64,000 nt of DNA from an uncultured virus (IMG/VR IMGVR_UViG_3300032820_000002) (taxonomy: Duplodnaviria; Heunggongvirae; Uroviricota; Caudoviricetes), in IMG/VR virus record IMGVR_UViG_3300032820_000002, one strand, 5' to 3'. The notes below the pieces were generated by a model. The model had not been told where the DNA came from and searched no databases. It saw only the letters and a list, made by a program, of their open reading frames with translations. This document shows, in pieces, positions 60,689-64,000 of this stretch (its first letter is position 1; each line of letters begins with the position of its first letter). The translations under genes and the position numbers were made by a program.

Positions 60689-61447
60689 ATGTCAGAATTG
60701 CAAACTCAAAGACAAGAAATTTTTGACTATGCTTATGCTATGCTAGGTGGTGGGATGATCGATGTTGAACTAGATCCTGTACACTATAATACTGCTTTAA
60801 CCAAAGCATTAACTAAATTTCGACAGCGTTCTGATAATTCTGTAGAAGAATCTTATATTTTCCTTCCTACAGTAGTAGATCAAAACGAATACATATTACC
60901 AAATGAAATTGTCGAAGTAAGAAAATTATTTAGACGGTCTATTGGTTCTCGAAGCGGTGGCGGCGATGGTGGTACACTCTTTGAACCATTTAATTTAGCA
61001 TACACAAATACTTACTTATTAGCAAGCTCTAATATGGGTGGATTAGCTACTTACGAATTATTTTCAGGATTTCAAGAAATAGTAGGAAGAATGTTTGGCT
61101 CATTTATTGAATTTAAATGGAATCCAGCTAATAAAAAACTTACACTTTTACAACGTCCACGAACAGAAGAAAACTTATTATTATATTGTTATAATTATAG
61201 ACCCGATAGTGAACTTTTAACAGATTATCTAGCTAACCAATGGCTAAGAGATTATACAGTTGCTACTTGTAAATTTATGCTAGGAGAAGCACGTTCTAAA
61301 TTTGCTACAATAGCTGGTCCTCAAGGTGGTAGTCAATTAAATGGCGATACCCTTAAAACCGAAGCAGCAGCAGAAATTGAAAAACTAGAAGCAGAAGTTT
61401 CTTCAGCAGTTTCGGGTGGTGTAGGTTACGGTTTTCTAATTGGTTAA
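60689..61447 (+). CDS. gp13: Neck protein / head-tail adaptor
   Basis: LGGGMIDVEL, WLRDY..A..K..LG..RSKF...GP.G...LNG. Confidence 0.85.
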   Translation: MSELQTQRQEIFDYAYAMLGGGMIDVELDPVHYNTALTKALTKFRQRSDNSVEESYIFLPTVVDQNEYILPNEIVEVRKLFRRSIGSRSGGGDGGTLFEPFNLAYTNTYLLASSNMGGLATYELFSGFQEIVGRMFGSFIEFKWNPANKKLTLLQRPRTEENLLLYCYNYRPDSELLTDYLANQWLRDYTVATCKFMLGEARSKFATIAGPQGGSQLNGDTLKTEAAAEIEKLEAEVSSAVSGGVGYGFLIG

Positions 61448-61454
61448 TAATTAC

Positions 61455-61483
61455 TTGACATTTATTCTTTAAGAGTATATAGT
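61455..61483 (+). promoter_or_regulatory. Sigma70-type promoter
   Basis: TTGACA-17 nt-TATAGT; predicted +1 coincides with ATG 61490. Confidence 0.75.
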
Positions 61484-61489
61484 TATAAT

Positions 61490-62158
61490 ATGACTATAGA
61501 AGAACATTCAGTTAAAGTTATCCCTATGTTTTCTGTTCCTTTATTTCAAACAAATATTGGTCCACCTGACGCCATAACTAAAGCATGGATTGTAAACTTA
61601 GATTATCCTCAAGGTCGCGTAGGAGTAACAGCAGGAATAGGTTTAGTTGAAGAAGATCCTACTAAACAAGGATTCCATATCTTAAATAATCCTCAACTTA
61701 AATCTCTTAAAATAAAAATTCAAAAAGCTATTGATTATTTTGTGCATGACATATTAGATATTACTGATGATGTAACTGTGTCAATTGAAACTAGTTGGAT
61801 AAATCAGTATAAACAAGGTGAGCACAATATGCTCCATAATCATACTAATTCAATATTAAGTGGAGTATATTATATAGACTTCCCTCCCAATTCAGGAAAT
61901 ATTACTTTTTCAAAAACAAATCTTTATAATAATATATTTCCTATGCAGTTAATGCCTCAGTCAAAAGGAAAAAAGAATAACCAATATAATTTAAGTGGAT
62001 ATGAAATAGTTCCTGAGACAGGAAACGTACTTATATTTCCTTCATTTTTACATCATGGTGTACCTCCTAATCCTACAAAACAGGATCGATATAGTTTAGC
62101 ATTTAATACTTATATTAGAGGAGAAATAGGTCACGGACCTTCTTTATTAACATTATAG
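61490..62158 (+). CDS. 2OG-Fe(II) oxygenase-like protein (TIGR02466-like)
   Basis: SWIN, HNHTNS.LSGVYY, IFPS.L.H.V, RYSLAFN. Confidence 0.85.
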   Translation: MTIEEHSVKVIPMFSVPLFQTNIGPPDAITKAWIVNLDYPQGRVGVTAGIGLVEEDPTKQGFHILNNPQLKSLKIKIQKAIDYFVHDILDITDDVTVSIETSWINQYKQGEHNMLHNHTNSILSGVYYIDFPPNSGNITFSKTNLYNNIFPMQLMPQSKGKKNNQYNLSGYEIVPETGNVLIFPSFLHHGVPPNPTKQDRYSLAFNTYIRGEIGHGPSLLTL

Positions 62159-62167
62159 GACTATAAT

Positions 62168-62776
62168 ATGATTATTGGTATCTGTGGTTTAATCGGATCT
62201 GGTAAAAACACTGTTGCTGATATTTTAATTCAAGAACATAATTTTCAAAAATTAAGTTTTGCAGACAGACTCAAAGATGCTGTAGCAGCTACATTTGGCT
62301 GGGACCGAATGATGCTTGAAGGTACAACCGATGTTAGTCGAACTTGGCGCGAAAAACCTGATGAATTTTGGTCAAACGAAACTAATAGAACTATTACTCC
62401 ACGATTAGTATTACAAGAATTTGGTACAGATTGTTTACGTGTTGGATTTTTTGATGGAATTTGGGTTAGTTTAGTTAAACAAACAATAATAGAAAATCCA
62501 CATAATAATTATGTTATTACTGATGTGCGTTTCCAAAACGAAGTTAAAATGATGAAAAATATAGGTGGATTTGTATGGGAAATTAAAAGAGGACCTGATC
62601 CCAAATGGCGAATAGAATATGAAAATAATAACATAGAACCTTCAGTACATGCTAGTGAATGGCACTGGATTAAAGGTCCTAAAGATGTATATATTGAAAA
62701 TTCTGGAACAATAAGCGATCTTAAAAATCAGGTAAAAGATCTCCTTGCTTCCACTGAACACCATCCTTCTGCATAA
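62168..62776 (+). CDS. Deoxynucleoside monophosphate kinase (T4 gp1-like)
   Basis: IIGICGLIGSGKNT, SFAD.LK, PRLVLQEFGTD, ITDVRFQNE, HASE. Confidence 0.9.
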   Translation: MIIGICGLIGSGKNTVADILIQEHNFQKLSFADRLKDAVAATFGWDRMMLEGTTDVSRTWREKPDEFWSNETNRTITPRLVLQEFGTDCLRVGFFDGIWVSLVKQTIIENPHNNYVITDVRFQNEVKMMKNIGGFVWEIKRGPDPKWRIEYENNNIEPSVHASEWHWIKGPKDVYIENSGTISDLKNQVKDLLASTEHHPSA

Positions 62777-63059
62777 TACGTTGACAATTTGCACATATTG
62801 TTTTTAAATTACTAAATTTACAATTAGCTAAACTTCCATCTATATGGAATACATTAAACTGTTCTTGATAACTACTTTTAAAATTACATTTTTCACAGTA
62901 GTCTTTTTTATTATAACCTGACTGTTTCCATTTAGGAAAACCATAACCTGTACTTCCGTAACGAGTACAAGTCTCGCATTTCTTACGGAAATATGTTTTT
63001 CCATTCTTTTTATAATTTATAGCAGCAGGTTTTAACCCACAAATACATAAAGGTCTCAT
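62721..63059 (-). CDS. Zinc-binding HNH-like protein
   Basis: CxC/CxxC pairs, HIDG..ANC..SNL..ICANC. Confidence 0.7.
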   Translation of the reverse strand: MRPLCICGLKPAAINYKKNGKTYFRKKCETCTRYGSTGYGFPKWKQSGYNKKDYCEKCNFKSSYQEQFNVFHIDGSLANCKFSNLKTICANCQRIMQKDGVQWKQGDLLPDF

Positions 63060-63182
63060 ATAGATATTTACCTACCCTTTATGGCCCCTTTTTACTAGAG
63101 TTTAATAACCTTTTTTATTCCGATAATGGTAAATACAAGTAGATGATTTATCCCGAGAATTATACATTAGGAGAAAAATAAA

Positions 63183-64000
63183 ATGGCATTAGTATCACCA
63201 GGCGTACAGGTTAGCGTTATAGACGAAAGTTTCTATACTCCAGCTGAACCAGGTACAACCCCAATGATTTTCGTTGTAAGTGCTACAGGCAAGAAAAATG
63301 CTGCAGGTGATGGAACAGCACAAGGAACGACAAAAGCAAATGCAGGTAAACCATTTTTGCTTACATCTCAAAGAGATTTAGCTGATACGTTTGGTGATCC
63401 TGTATTTAAAACAGACAGTAATAATAATCCAGTACATGCTGGAGAATTAAACGAATACGGTTTACAAGCTGCATATTCATACTTAGGTATTAGTAATAGA
63501 GCTTGGGTAACCAGAGCAGATTTAGATTTAGACGAGCTTATAGGAACAGCAACAGCTCCAGCAGATAATCCAGCCGCAGGCGCATATTGGTTTGATACCT
63601 CAACTACAAAATTTGGTATTCAAGAATGGAATAGCGCAGCTATTACTGAAACTGGAGGACAAAGTTTTACAAATAAAATACCATTAGCAATTACAAGTAT
63701 TTCAGACGTTACTGGAACAGTAGAAAATCCAGGTGCGCCTAAAGCATCTGTAGGATCAATAGGCGAATATGCAATAGTTGCTATTACGACTCTTAACACA
63801 ATGTGGTATAAATCCCCAGGTAATGCACCTAGCGTAACAGCTGGTGCTTGGGTTGAAGTAGGAAGCGAAGCTTGGATTAAAAGTTGGCCAACTGCTAAAG
63901 GAACTAAAGCTAATCCTACATTTGTAGGAACTACAGCTATTACTTTAAATAGTGTTTCTGTAAGTATTACTTCGTCAGATGGTATTGCAGATGTTGCAAC
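63183..64000 (+). CDS. gp18: Tail sheath protein, 5' part (truncated by window end)
   Basis: MALVSPGVQVSVIDES..., TSQRDL.DTFG.P, ELNEYGL.AAYSYLG; AGGAG RBS and GGTAAATA upstream. Confidence 0.9.
   Translation, partial: MALVSPGVQVSVIDESFYTPAEPGTTPMIFVVSATGKKNAAGDGTAQGTTKANAGKPFLLTSQRDLADTFGDPVFKTDSNNNPVHAGELNEYGLQAAYSYLGISNRAWVTRADLDLDELIGTATAPADNPAAGAYWFDTSTTKFGIQEWNSAAITETGGQSFTNKIPLAITSISDVTGTVENPGAPKASVGSIGEYAIVAITTLNTMWYKSPGNAPSVTAGAWVEVGSEAWIKSWPTAKGTKANPTFVGTTAITLNSVSVSITSSDGIADVA

Noticed and set aside
1..64000. tRNA genes or stop-codon reassignment
   Set aside because: No cloverleaf recognised by eye; genes are intact and densely packed under the standard code

Overview
AT-rich 64-kb segment of a large T4-like (myovirus) phage genome, almost fully coding. 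Left to right: end of the gp47/gp46 recombination nuclease pair, a GIY-YIG nuclease, a baseplate-hub/tail chaperone, a tape-measure-like gene, the head module (portal gp20, protease gp21, scaffold gp22, major capsid gp23), and about 38 kb of tail-fibre/virion genes including three giant modular proteins (1904, 2846, 2703 aa) and three Cys-rich paralogs. Then a glycosyltransferase plus carbamoyltransferase, a minus-strand sugar-nucleotide cluster (gmhB, uronate-dehydrogenase-like, cupin, hldD, Nudix), neck/tail-completion genes gp15/gp14/gp13, dNMP kinase, and the start of tail sheath gp18. Best leads: (1) a roughly 280-nt pseudoknotted RNA-like element directly after the GIY-YIG gene; (2) a second, independently promoted and terminated roughly 200-nt structured RNA after gp23; (3) an unannotated -1 frameshift (A AAU UUU) extending the hub chaperone, like lambda gpG/gpGT; (4) three accessory genes that each duplicate the start region of the next gene; (5) late promoters 5 nt from ATG, suggesting leaderless mRNAs; (6) a possible virion glycosylation/carbamoylation system with D-S-(S/T) motifs in the fibres. 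All assignments come from reading motifs by eye; no searches were run.
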